In this document: positions 28,691-37,092 of the stretch, piece by piece
Layout of the letters: each line of letters begins with the position of its first letter
Position numbering within the stretch: position 1 is the stretch's first letter
From: Candidatus Saccharimonadales bacterium
GTDB taxonomy: Bacteria > Patescibacteriota > Saccharimonadia > Saccharimonadales > Saccharimonadaceae
Assembly: GCA_052103595.1 (NCBI GenBank)
Contig: JBQEKC010000002.1
Span: 56,131-120,130 of the forward strand
Length of the DNA: 64,000 nucleotides
Direction: 5' to 3'
Made by a program: the position numbers and the translations under genes
Notes under the pieces: model-generated
Seen by the model: the letters and a program-made list of their open reading frames with translations, nothing else
What the model was told of the DNA's origin: nothing
Database searches by the model: none

Positions 28691-31636
28691 CTACTGCTGG
28701 GCAAGGCGCTTAAATTCGGCCGCAGTCAGGTATTGTTCGTGACCTTCATCGTAGCGATAACGGAACATCACCTCGCGACCGTCTGGAATTGTGATGTGAT
28801 CAGGCAATTGCTTAGCATTCTCGAGCGAGAAGTTAGAAATAAAGGGAACGATCGCAGGCAGTGTGTCTTTGCCAGATGACAAGCGCGTATCTGGCCCATC
28901 ATATTCCTGATATGAAACATCACACCATTGCTCGCCCACAGCAAGAACGTCTGGCATATTCTTGCGAATATCCTCTTGCTTTTCTGGCGTTACGAACGCA
29001 TTAAGATAGATTGCTCGCTTTCCATACATCATCGTTCGTAGTTCGCTATCAAGCTCGCCGGTGCTAGCAACACCTTGCGCAGCATGGTATATCAATGCTT
29101 CAAAATCTCTATCGGTTAAGATTGGTTTTTCTTGGTAGTACGAACGATACTCGTGCGGAATACGGCCAACAAGCGATTCGAGCTCTTTCTTGGTCTTGCG
29201 GAGTTCGCGCTGCGCAGAACCAGGGCGTGCTAAGGCTGCTTCAACCAGTTGCTCAACTCGTTCACCGGTCGTAGCAGAGGCGCGTTCTACCTGCTGACCA
29301 GTTGTCAACGAGCCGATTCGTCGTGAAGTAGTTGAGCGCAAACGTCCATCTGGGCCAACTGCTGCGCTTTTTTGTACTGACAATGCAACATCACCAAGCG
29401 CCACTTCAGCAACACGCTTATCAATCGGGAATCCTTTTTCCACCACGTTATGGAGATTGTCTTCATCGTCGTAATACCAGCGTGGATATCCAGCGATCAA
29501 GTCACTATTTTTGAGCGCAATTTGCGCCAAGCGGCTACGATTGCTTATTTTACGGTCATAGTCGTATTCGGGTTGCACTTCTTTTGGCGGTGCAAGCACA
29601 TTGCGATACGTTGTGATATCTTTTCGCGCTTCCTTTTTGCCATTTGGCAATTTTTTGCGTCGCCCACGATGACGATATCGCCCAACTTCTTCATACAGCA
29701 AATGTGGCATACCTTTGACTAACATGTTGCGCAGTTCTGCTACGTCTTCTGCGTGAATATGCCCCTCGCGCAACGCGTCGGCGCTCTCGTCTAACCCAAG
29801 TCGATAGCACATTTTACGGTATTGTTTGAGGGCACGTTTAGCGTTCACGTGGTCAAAATCGAACACCGGCACCTCATTATCGTCTTCTGATTCATCGACC
29901 CGTAATAATTCTTGAAAGTACACTAGCTCTGCAATAAAATCATCATTCGCCCATAGCGGCAATTCCTTGTTATTTTTTTCGATTTTTTTCGGGTCACCAT
30001 CGCCCAAGCCACCCGCTTCAACAGCAGTGGCAATTGCAGCCATGCGGCGCTTTTGCTCGTCGGTTGCAGTTTGCATTGCGGCAACCATCGCCCGTGATAG
30101 CTCTGGTCGTAGCGGAAACATATCCATCTGCTTACCGATTGGCGTACATTGATTGTCTTTATTAACCGCACCAAGCATCTTCAGTACTTCATATGCCTCA
30201 CGGATAGTACCGTGCGAGACCGAGTTAATAAGGTAGCTGTTCAGGTTGTAGAAATCCCGATCCATCGCAGCTGCACTAAGTACATTGCGTGTAATAACAG
30301 TGTGGTAAATGTCCGCCGGCGAATGGTCAATTCGCTCATGGAACGGCACAAACCCTTCGGGTGTTTCATCTTGGCTTCCGCGCTTAAAAGGCAGTTGCGT
30401 AGCTAAAAAGAAGTGTGCACCTTCAATATCACGTCCACCGCGCCCCATCTGCTGCGTGATCTCCGCTTTGCTGCACAGACGGCTTGGCAAACCAGATGCA
30501 CTTTCATCATCAAGTTCAGGGCTTTTTGTCATACCATCGCTAATCACACGATCAACGCCAGGAATTGTCAGCCCCGACTGCCCTGCCGATGTCGACACGA
30601 TCACCGTATGCTGGTCCTCCACATCTTCATGGAAAATAGCGTGACGTTCTTCGTCAGTAATTTTTGAATGTAGCTTCAAAATGCGCAGATCAGGGTGCTC
30701 GCGACGCAACGCGTTTTCAATCGCTCCGAGCGAACGTTTTCCTTCAGTAAAAATAAGTGTTTTGTTGCCCTGTTCGTAGCACGATTCGCCAAAGACATCG
30801 ATGACATTTTTGTCCGGTTCTTCATGATAGGCAATTTCATGTGGGCGACCTTCAACTTCAACATTTGGAATTGGACCACCGTTAATTGGTGCGTAGGCTT
30901 GTTGAATGTCATCTTCATTCATCGTCGCACTCATCAGTACCATATTCCAGTTTGGCTGTTCGGTCATCATTTCGGCCGACATAGCTACAGCAAATTCTGT
31001 TTCGATATTTGCTTCGTGAATTTCGTCTGCAACAATCATCACCTTTTTGTCGCGCCATTCGTCTTGCAATTCTGGACCGCGCTTTTTAAAGACGGCCGAG
31101 GTCATCACTTGAATCACACTGTCGTCCGTCATGGTTGCGCGCTCAGAGTGTGCCATACCCACCAAATCTTCAGGCTTTTCGAGCCCTTTTTGCGCAAATT
31201 GTTCGCTCAATTCTTCGTCAATACGTTCAGAGATATTATCAACCGTCACTCGGCGTGGCTGCAAATAAACAATATGGTCATAGCCCATCTCAAGCCCGTA
31301 CTGCGCAAGTTGCGTTGACTTACCACTTCCTGTTTCCCCTTTTAGCAGCGAAATTCGGTTCGAATCAACCATTTTCATAATGTCATGTTTGTAATTATCG
31401 ATCGGCAGTTCTTTGTTGCCAAATTTCTCCCAACCGTGGCGCCCACGTGCGGCATTTTCGTCTTTCCATGTTTTTTCAAGACGATCAAAGCGGATCTTAT
31501 CAAGTAAGTCCTGGCGATCGCGCTGCCCTTGTTCATACGGATACAGTCCTGTCTCCACGCGAGTGGCCGGGGTCGGCCGATAGCCAAAACGGTCCAGACC
31601 AAGACGGTTTTGCTGTGGGATCTTCTTGCGATTCAT
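28691..31636 (-). CDS. DEAH/RHA-box ATP-dependent helicase (HrpA-like)
   Basis: GETGSGKSTQ, QPRRV, ADEIHE, MSAT, TSAGQSGLTIPGVDRVISDG and QMGRGGR. Start at MNRKKIP, preceded by TGgTATGGT-N9. Confidence 0.85.
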   Translation of the reverse strand: MNRKKIPQQNRLGLDRFGYRPTPATRVETGLYPYEQGQRDRQDLLDKIRFDRLEKTWKDENAARGRHGWEKFGNKELPIDNYKHDIMKMVDSNRISLLKGETGSGKSTQLAQYGLEMGYDHIVYLQPRRVTVDNISERIDEELSEQFAQKGLEKPEDLVGMAHSERATMTDDSVIQVMTSAVFKKRGPELQDEWRDKKVMIVADEIHEANIETEFAVAMSAEMMTEQPNWNMVLMSATMNEDDIQQAYAPINGGPIPNVEVEGRPHEIAYHEEPDKNVIDVFGESCYEQGNKTLIFTEGKRSLGAIENALRREHPDLRILKLHSKITDEERHAIFHEDVEDQHTVIVSTSAGQSGLTIPGVDRVISDGMTKSPELDDESASGLPSRLCSKAEITQQMGRGGRDIEGAHFFLATQLPFKRGSQDETPEGFVPFHERIDHSPADIYHTVITRNVLSAAAMDRDFYNLNSYLINSVSHGTIREAYEVLKMLGAVNKDNQCTPIGKQMDMFPLRPELSRAMVAAMQTATDEQKRRMAAIATAVEAGGLGDGDPKKIEKNNKELPLWANDDFIAELVYFQELLRVDESEDDNEVPVFDFDHVNAKRALKQYRKMCYRLGLDESADALREGHIHAEDVAELRNMLVKGMPHLLYEEVGRYRHRGRRKKLPNGKKEARKDITTYRNVLAPPKEVQPEYDYDRKISNRSRLAQIALKNSDLIAGYPRWYYDDEDNLHNVVEKGFPIDKRVAEVALGDVALSVQKSAAVGPDGRLRSTTSRRIGSLTTGQQVERASATTGERVEQLVEAALARPGSAQRELRKTKKELESLVGRIPHEYRSYYQEKPILTDRDFEALIYHAAQGVASTGELDSELRTMMYGKRAIYLNAFVTPEKQEDIRKNMPDVLAVGEQWCDVSYQEYDGPDTRLSSGKDTLPAIVPFISNFSLENAKQLPDHITIPDGREVMFRYRYDEGHEQYLTAAEFKRLAQQ

Positions 31637-31730
31637 AGTACGTTCACCATACCATGATAGTGATAAAAATGAAATCATAAGCATAATAAAAACCACCCGT
31701 CAAGCGGGTGGTCGTAAAAAAGACGCTAAA

Positions 31731-32180
31731 TTAGTCTTCTTTTTTGCGGTCAATACGGTCGAGTTTTGCGAAGTGAATAATCAAGTAAATGACAAACGCT
31801 GTCGCGGCAAGCGTAATAAATGACGATACGAAAGCACCCCATTTAAAGTCGCCCGTTCGCCCTGCAATTTCTACATGCCACGTAGCAGCTTCCAGGCCTT
31901 TTTGTGAACCAATTAGCAGCTGTACGATTGGGGTAATGAACCCTTCAACCAGTTTTTTTACCGTATCACCGGCGGCGGTACCAATTGCCAAACCAACGGC
32001 AAGTCCAACCACGCCTTGTTCGCGAATGAAATTCACAAAACCGATCGTACGACCTTTGGCGACGCGGTCTTTTACTACCTCTGCCTTCGCTTTTGCCTTT
32101 GCACGTGATGCGGCTGCAGCCTTCTTGGCTTTTGCTGCTGATGCCGTCACTTTCTTTTTGGCTGATGTCTTTTTTGCCAT
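31731..32180 (-). CDS. mscL: large-conductance mechanosensitive channel with Lys/Ala-rich N-terminal extension
   Basis: FVNFIREQGVVGLAVGLAIGTAAGDTVKKLVEGFITPIV matches the MscL TM1 region. The first roughly 40 aa are AKK/AKA repeats. Confidence 0.88.
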   Translation of the reverse strand: MAKKTSAKKKVTASAAKAKKAAAASRAKAKAKAEVVKDRVAKGRTIGFVNFIREQGVVGLAVGLAIGTAAGDTVKKLVEGFITPIVQLLIGSQKGLEAATWHVEIAGRTGDFKWGAFVSSFITLAATAFVIYLIIHFAKLDRIDRKKED

Positions 32181-32228
32181 TTGTCTTACTCCACTGTATT
32201 AGCTTTGAATATCGTTATTGTATCACAA

Positions 32229-33869
32229 CTACATACTGTCTGGTGCGTGGATACCTAGTATCGCTAACCCTGCTTGTAAGATGTCAGCATAGAGCCGAAC
32301 AATGGCCGCACGGTGCGCTTCGTGCTCACTACCAACAACTTGATGTACTTCGTAATAGCGATTAAATTCTTGGGCAAGCTCAAAAAGGTATGTACACAAA
32401 TGGTGCGCTTCGAGTGTGCGCATCGCCAATTGAGCGATTTCGTGATATTCGCCAAGCTTGCGAATAAGTAAGCGGTCTTCTTCTCTTACTTCTGTAAGTG
32501 GCGCAGCGGCAGCGGTCGTTTTTTGCAACATTCGGCGCGCTCGTGCATGAGCGTATTGCAAGTAACTGCCAGTATTACCCGTTAAGCTCACCGCTTCGTT
32601 AATATCAAACACCACATCACCACCGACTTTTACCTTCAAAAACTGATAGCGCAGCGCACCTGCAATAATAGCATCGGTCACCTCGCCTTCGCGCTCAGCA
32701 ATCGCAGCGCCAAAGGCATCAAACAACCAATCAATCGTAATTACGTCACCGGTTCGGCTACTCATTTTACCAGTGGTTAGCTTTACTAAACCAGTAGGAA
32801 TGTTGCGCAGCTTTCCTTTTGTCTCAGGAATTGCTTGCTCTGCTGCAGCAATCACTCCCTTAAAATACGCGGCTTGCTCGCCGCCTGTTACCACGATACA
32901 TTCTGTCATGGTAGGATAATCGCGATATTTTAATTGCAGCAACCCTAGGTCGCGCGCCGCATACAATCCGCGCCCGTTTGAACCAACAAACGCATTATCA
33001 AACGACCCATATTTGCTGCCTTCAAAAATAAACGCACCGTCTGACTCTTTAAAGACATCTGGCGTATGATCCAATACGGTTTTTACGCCAATTGGGTCAG
33101 ACTGACTTTCAAGGTATCGTTTTTCGATTGGCTGATTACCAAGACGACGCACAATTGCATCAATTTCCTGAAAACTCCATGCTTTTACTGTGTCATACAC
33201 CGCAGCATACACTGGGTCTTCGCGTGTAAATGATTGCTTAGCGAGTGTGTCAATTTCTTCCTTCGCAACCTCGTCTTCTTTTGCAGCGGCCGCGCCTTCT
33301 GCATACATTTTGTTCATAAATGCATTGCGTTCTTCTGGCGCAATCGCCGCAAGTTTTGCCGGGTCACCATCGCAAAATCGTAGCAGCGACCACATACTTT
33401 TGCCGACGTGTGCTCCAACGTCGCCGTGATAACTCACACGGTGCGTTCGTGCGCCGCTTACTGCTAAAAGGTTCGCCATCGTATCTGCCACAATAGCATT
33501 ATATGCATGGCCAATATGCATCGCCTTGAATGGATTTGGATTATTGGTTTCAATCACCACATCTTGACCCGCACGAGCTGGCAATGGATCGCGCGTGGTA
33601 AGTTCTAGCAAGCCATCACTCGTCAGCCAAAGGTTAATAAAGCCAGGGCCAGCCACGTCCACACGGTGATACGCGCCAGACGCAGTCAGCTTTGCGGCAA
33701 TGCGCTCGGCAATTGCACGTGGTGGTTGCTGCAGACGCCCCGCTAGCTGCATAGCAACGTTTGTCGTATAATCGCCAAATTGCGGCTCAGGGCGTGTTAA
33801 TACAGGCTCGACATCAATGTCGAACAACTCTTTTATACTGTCAATTAGGGTAACGGTAGTTGTGCTCAT
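32229..33869 (-). CDS. argS: arginine--tRNA ligase
   Basis: Class I motifs HIGH (KAMHIGHAYN) and KMSK-like (GKMSSRTG), 546 aa. Confidence 0.95.
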   Translation of the reverse strand: MSTTTVTLIDSIKELFDIDVEPVLTRPEPQFGDYTTNVAMQLAGRLQQPPRAIAERIAAKLTASGAYHRVDVAGPGFINLWLTSDGLLELTTRDPLPARAGQDVVIETNNPNPFKAMHIGHAYNAIVADTMANLLAVSGARTHRVSYHGDVGAHVGKSMWSLLRFCDGDPAKLAAIAPEERNAFMNKMYAEGAAAAKEDEVAKEEIDTLAKQSFTREDPVYAAVYDTVKAWSFQEIDAIVRRLGNQPIEKRYLESQSDPIGVKTVLDHTPDVFKESDGAFIFEGSKYGSFDNAFVGSNGRGLYAARDLGLLQLKYRDYPTMTECIVVTGGEQAAYFKGVIAAAEQAIPETKGKLRNIPTGLVKLTTGKMSSRTGDVITIDWLFDAFGAAIAEREGEVTDAIIAGALRYQFLKVKVGGDVVFDINEAVSLTGNTGSYLQYAHARARRMLQKTTAAAAPLTEVREEDRLLIRKLGEYHEIAQLAMRTLEAHHLCTYLFELAQEFNRYYEVHQVVGSEHEAHRAAIVRLYADILQAGLAILGIHAPDSM

Positions 33870-33877
33870 TACCCTTT

Positions 33878-33886
33878 AGTGTATCA
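33878..33886 (-). promoter_or_regulatory. extended -10 box abutting start codon (leaderless-type)
   Basis: Minus strand reads TGaTACACT aaagggta ATG (N=8). Confidence 0.5.
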
Positions 33887-33896
33887 TAATTGAACG

Positions 33897-34052
33897 CTAG
33901 AAATCGTTCTCGTCGCTTTGCTCGGAAAGCGAAAGTTCAAAAGCAGAGCCAGATACGGGGCGCAATCCTTTGATGTTTTCAACCAAGTACGTGAGCACTT
34001 GCATGTCATCAACCGTGTCAGTGTGAAGTAGTGAGTGATGTATTTTTTCCAT
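33897..34052 (-). CDS. hypothetical 51-aa acidic protein (below ORF-track cutoff)
   Basis: Revcomp reads MEKIHHSLLHTDTVDDMQVLTYLVENIKGLRPVSGSAFELSLSEQSDENDF*. It sits downstream of a consensus promoter, but no SD is visible. Confidence 0.3.
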   Translation of the reverse strand: MEKIHHSLLHTDTVDDMQVLTYLVENIKGLRPVSGSAFELSLSEQSDENDF

Positions 34053-34085
34053 AGGTATTTTTATTTTTGAGTTATATCGATACTT

Positions 34086-34114
34086 ATATTAGCATAAGAA
34101 TTATTTTTTGTCAA
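34086..34114 (-). promoter_or_regulatory. sigma70-type promoter TTGACA-17-(TGc)TAATAT
   Basis: Minus strand reads TTGACA aaaaataattcttaTGc TAATAT. The -35 overlaps the last pyrG codons. Confidence 0.55.
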
Positions 34115-35705
34115 TAATTGCTTGAATAAATCCTTCAAACAGCGGGTGCGGATGCAATGGTCGTGACCGAAATTCTGGATGTGCCTGCGTGGCGACAAAG
34201 TAATCGGCGTCGCTCGCTTCGACAAATTCAACTAATTCGCCATTTGGGCTTGTACCGGCAATCGCAAGTCCGCCCGCTTCAATCGCATCTCGGTATGTAT
34301 TGTTCACCTCATAGCGATGACGATGACGTTCGACAACTTCTGTCGCACCATACAGCGCCGCAATGCGCGAACCTTCTGTGAGCTGTGCCGTATAATTACC
34401 GAGTCGAAGTGTTCCGCCGGTACTTTCCTGTCCAGCTTGTCCGTCCATGATCGCCACGACAGAGTGCTCACCCTGCGGCTCGATTTCTGCAGTATTCGCA
34501 GTTACAAGACCTGAACGACGCGCCGCAGCAATCACCGCCACCTGCATCCCGAGACAAATCCCCAAATACGGCACGTTATGTTCAAGTGCGTAGGTTGCGG
34601 CAGCAATTTTTCCTTCAACACCACGAGTACCGAAGCCGCCGGGCACCAAAATGCCGTCCACCGTTGCTATATCTTCGGCGGTTGCCGTTTCGGCATTAAG
34701 CCACACGATATCAAGTTGTGCATGTTTGCTCCAGGCAGCTGCTTTGAGCGCCTCAATCACCGAAATATATGTGTCATCATTGTGCATATATTTTGCCACT
34801 AACCCTACTCGAACGGTTGGCGCTGTCGTATCTTGCTGGCGTGCAGCAATGCGCTTCCATGGCGCAAGATCTGGCTCGGTGGTATTGCCAACAAATCGAG
34901 ACAACACATCATTAATGCCACTTTTAGCAACAATCAGCGGCACTTCGTAGACCGTACTTGCATTTGGCAACATAATCACGTGATCACGCTCTAGCCCACC
35001 AAACATCGCAATTTTATCACCCACGCTTTCAGGTGCTGGATCGTCGGTACGTACCACCACGCAATCTGGCGTAATGCCAAATCCACGGAGGTCATTGAGA
35101 GCGTTTTGAGCCGGTTTTGTTTTAAATTCGTTACTCGTATTAATGTGTGGCACATACACCACATGGATATAAAAACAATTTTCGCGGCCCACGCGGTGGG
35201 AAAACTCACGAATTGCCTCAATAAAGCTAAGGCCTTCGTAGTCACCTACGGTGCCGCCAATTTCCACAAAATGCACCTGGCTCCCAGCGCCAGATGCTTC
35301 GATTTCGTCTTGAATTGCGTTCGTTAGATGTGGCACCAACTGCACTGTTTTACCGCCAAATTTGCCAGCGCGCTCATCATCAATCAGCTGGCGCAACAAA
35401 CGTCCGCTGAGGGTTGATGCCTCGCGGGTCAGTTCGATATCTAAAAATCGTTCATAGTGCCCTAGATCAAGATCGGTTTCGGCACCGTCTCGGGTAACAA
35501 AACACTCACCATGCTCTACCGGATTGAGCAATCCTGCATCGACATTAAGGTACGGGTCGCATTTTTGTACCGATACAGTTGTACCTTTTGCCTGCAATAC
35601 CGCGCCCATTGCCGCGGCAGTAATTCCTTTGCCAACGCCCGAAAGGACGCCGCCTGTGACAAAGATGTATTTTCGTGATTGCTCCATAGTAGTGTTTCTA
35701 TCCAT
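34101..35705 (-). CDS. pyrG: CTP synthase
   Basis: KYIFVTGGVLSGVGKG N-terminus and glutaminase GICLGMQ. The first ATG (35705) is favoured by the adjacent -10 box. Confidence 0.95.
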   Translation of the reverse strand: MDRNTTMEQSRKYIFVTGGVLSGVGKGITAAAMGAVLQAKGTTVSVQKCDPYLNVDAGLLNPVEHGECFVTRDGAETDLDLGHYERFLDIELTREASTLSGRLLRQLIDDERAGKFGGKTVQLVPHLTNAIQDEIEASGAGSQVHFVEIGGTVGDYEGLSFIEAIREFSHRVGRENCFYIHVVYVPHINTSNEFKTKPAQNALNDLRGFGITPDCVVVRTDDPAPESVGDKIAMFGGLERDHVIMLPNASTVYEVPLIVAKSGINDVLSRFVGNTTEPDLAPWKRIAARQQDTTAPTVRVGLVAKYMHNDDTYISVIEALKAAAWSKHAQLDIVWLNAETATAEDIATVDGILVPGGFGTRGVEGKIAAATYALEHNVPYLGICLGMQVAVIAAARRSGLVTANTAEIEPQGEHSVVAIMDGQAGQESTGGTLRLGNYTAQLTEGSRIAALYGATEVVERHRHRYEVNNTYRDAIEAGGLAIAGTSPNGELVEFVEASDADYFVATQAHPEFRSRPLHPHPLFEGFIQAIIDKK

Positions 35706-35713
35706 GGAAGTAT

Positions 35714-35722
35714 ATTATAGCA
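35714..35722 (-). promoter_or_regulatory. extended -10 box abutting start codon (leaderless-type)
   Basis: Minus strand reads TGcTATAAT atacttcc ATG (N=8). Confidence 0.55.
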
Positions 35723-35748
35723 CGAAACGCTAATGCTTTTTGTCTGTG

Positions 35749-37077
35749 TTAACGCAGAGCAAAGCGCGCCAAACGCTGGCAAATCACCGTGCGACCGCGC
35801 TCTGGCCACTCTCGCAAGATGATATCTTCGGCCGATTCACCTTTTTCGTATGGAGCAATATACGGTGGGCACATGTTCCAGTTTTCAACAATCGGCTGCA
35901 AAATTTCCCACGAACGAACAATTTCATCGCTTGAGGTAAACAAGCTTTTTCGCGTACGAATTGCATCAACAATTACCTGTTCGTATGCATCAGGGAGCGC
36001 CACGTCTTCTGGGTAGGTAAAGTTAAGGTGCTGTTCGGTCAGCTTATTATCATAGCCAGGGCTTTTTGCGTTTAAGGCAATTTCAATTCCTTCGTGCGGT
36101 TGAATCTTGAAAGTAAGGTAGTCGGTTTGTGAAGAACTTTGACGCTTAAAATACACCTTGATTTCGGTACATTTTTTATCAAGCGCTTTACCGGTCGTCA
36201 GTTGTAGCGGCACACCTTTCCAACGAGCGCTCCGCGACGACAACACGACCGACACGAACGTTTCTACACACGAATTTGGCACGCCAACTTCATCTGTATA
36301 CCCTTTATATTGCGCACGAAAACTTTGTTCTGGCACAGCAGGCTCAATGGCCGCTAGCGCACCTAAGCGATATGATGGCAATTTATCCCAGTTAATGTTT
36401 GACGGCGTATCCATCAATACGAGCGCCAGCAGCTGCATTAAATGCCCCTGCAACACATCACGAAGCGCGCCTGTCTGTTCGTAAAATTGTGCACGACCTT
36501 CGATATCGATGGTTTCGAAGGCGTTTACCTCAATACGCTCGATCGCGTCTTTATGCCAAACGTGCGAGAATAGCGCGTTATGCGCACGAAACGCCACAAT
36601 ATTTTGTGCCATTTCTTTTGCCATATAATGATCAATACGATAAATCTGTTCTTCTTGAAAAAAGCGCTCCGTGCGCTCCACCATTTCGCGAGCTCCCGAT
36701 AAGTCGAGCCCGAATGGCTTTTCAAAGAGCACCTTCACGCGTGCATCATTCAAGCCAGCTTCACCTAGAAAGTCGACAATTTGCGTCGCAGCACGTGGCG
36801 GCACCGATAAATAGATAAGCAGCTGGTCGTCGTCCGCCAGTGCGAGCGTATCTTTGAGCGTGTGGTAATCATCCAGCTGGGCGATATTCATCGTAATGAT
36901 GGTGGTCTTTTCTGCCAAGTCACCGAGAAGCGCCGTTTTATCAACATCACGACGACTCACGCCATACAGCTCGAGTGAACGAAATTCATCCACCTGTGTA
37001 ATTTGGCGCAACGCCGGCAAAAGTTTGCGCGTGCTTAAATCGCCGGTAATCCCAAAAATCAAGAGTTTTGTCGCCAT
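35749..37077 (-). CDS. zwf: glucose-6-phosphate 1-dehydrogenase
   Basis: LLIFGITGDLSTRKLLPAL (NADP site), FEKPFG, and RIDHYMAKE (variant of RIDHYLGKE). Confidence 0.92.
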   Translation of the reverse strand: MATKLLIFGITGDLSTRKLLPALRQITQVDEFRSLELYGVSRRDVDKTALLGDLAEKTTIITMNIAQLDDYHTLKDTLALADDDQLLIYLSVPPRAATQIVDFLGEAGLNDARVKVLFEKPFGLDLSGAREMVERTERFFQEEQIYRIDHYMAKEMAQNIVAFRAHNALFSHVWHKDAIERIEVNAFETIDIEGRAQFYEQTGALRDVLQGHLMQLLALVLMDTPSNINWDKLPSYRLGALAAIEPAVPEQSFRAQYKGYTDEVGVPNSCVETFVSVVLSSRSARWKGVPLQLTTGKALDKKCTEIKVYFKRQSSSQTDYLTFKIQPHEGIEIALNAKSPGYDNKLTEQHLNFTYPEDVALPDAYEQVIVDAIRTRKSLFTSSDEIVRSWEILQPIVENWNMCPPYIAPYEKGESAEDIILREWPERGRTVICQRLARFALR

Positions 37078-37083
37078 AACCTT

Positions 37084-37092
37084 AGTATATCA
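37084..37092 (-). promoter_or_regulatory. extended -10 box abutting start codon (leaderless-type)
   Basis: Minus strand reads TGaTATACT aaggtt ATG (N=6). It overlaps the stop of the upstream membrane gene. Confidence 0.55.

Noticed and set aside
33870-34085. A possible T-box riboswitch leader upstream of argS.
   Set aside because: I found no T-box sequence (..GGGUGGUACCGCG..), no recognisable specifier-loop or Stem I features, and no terminator/antiterminator pair. argS also has its own promoter at its ATG.
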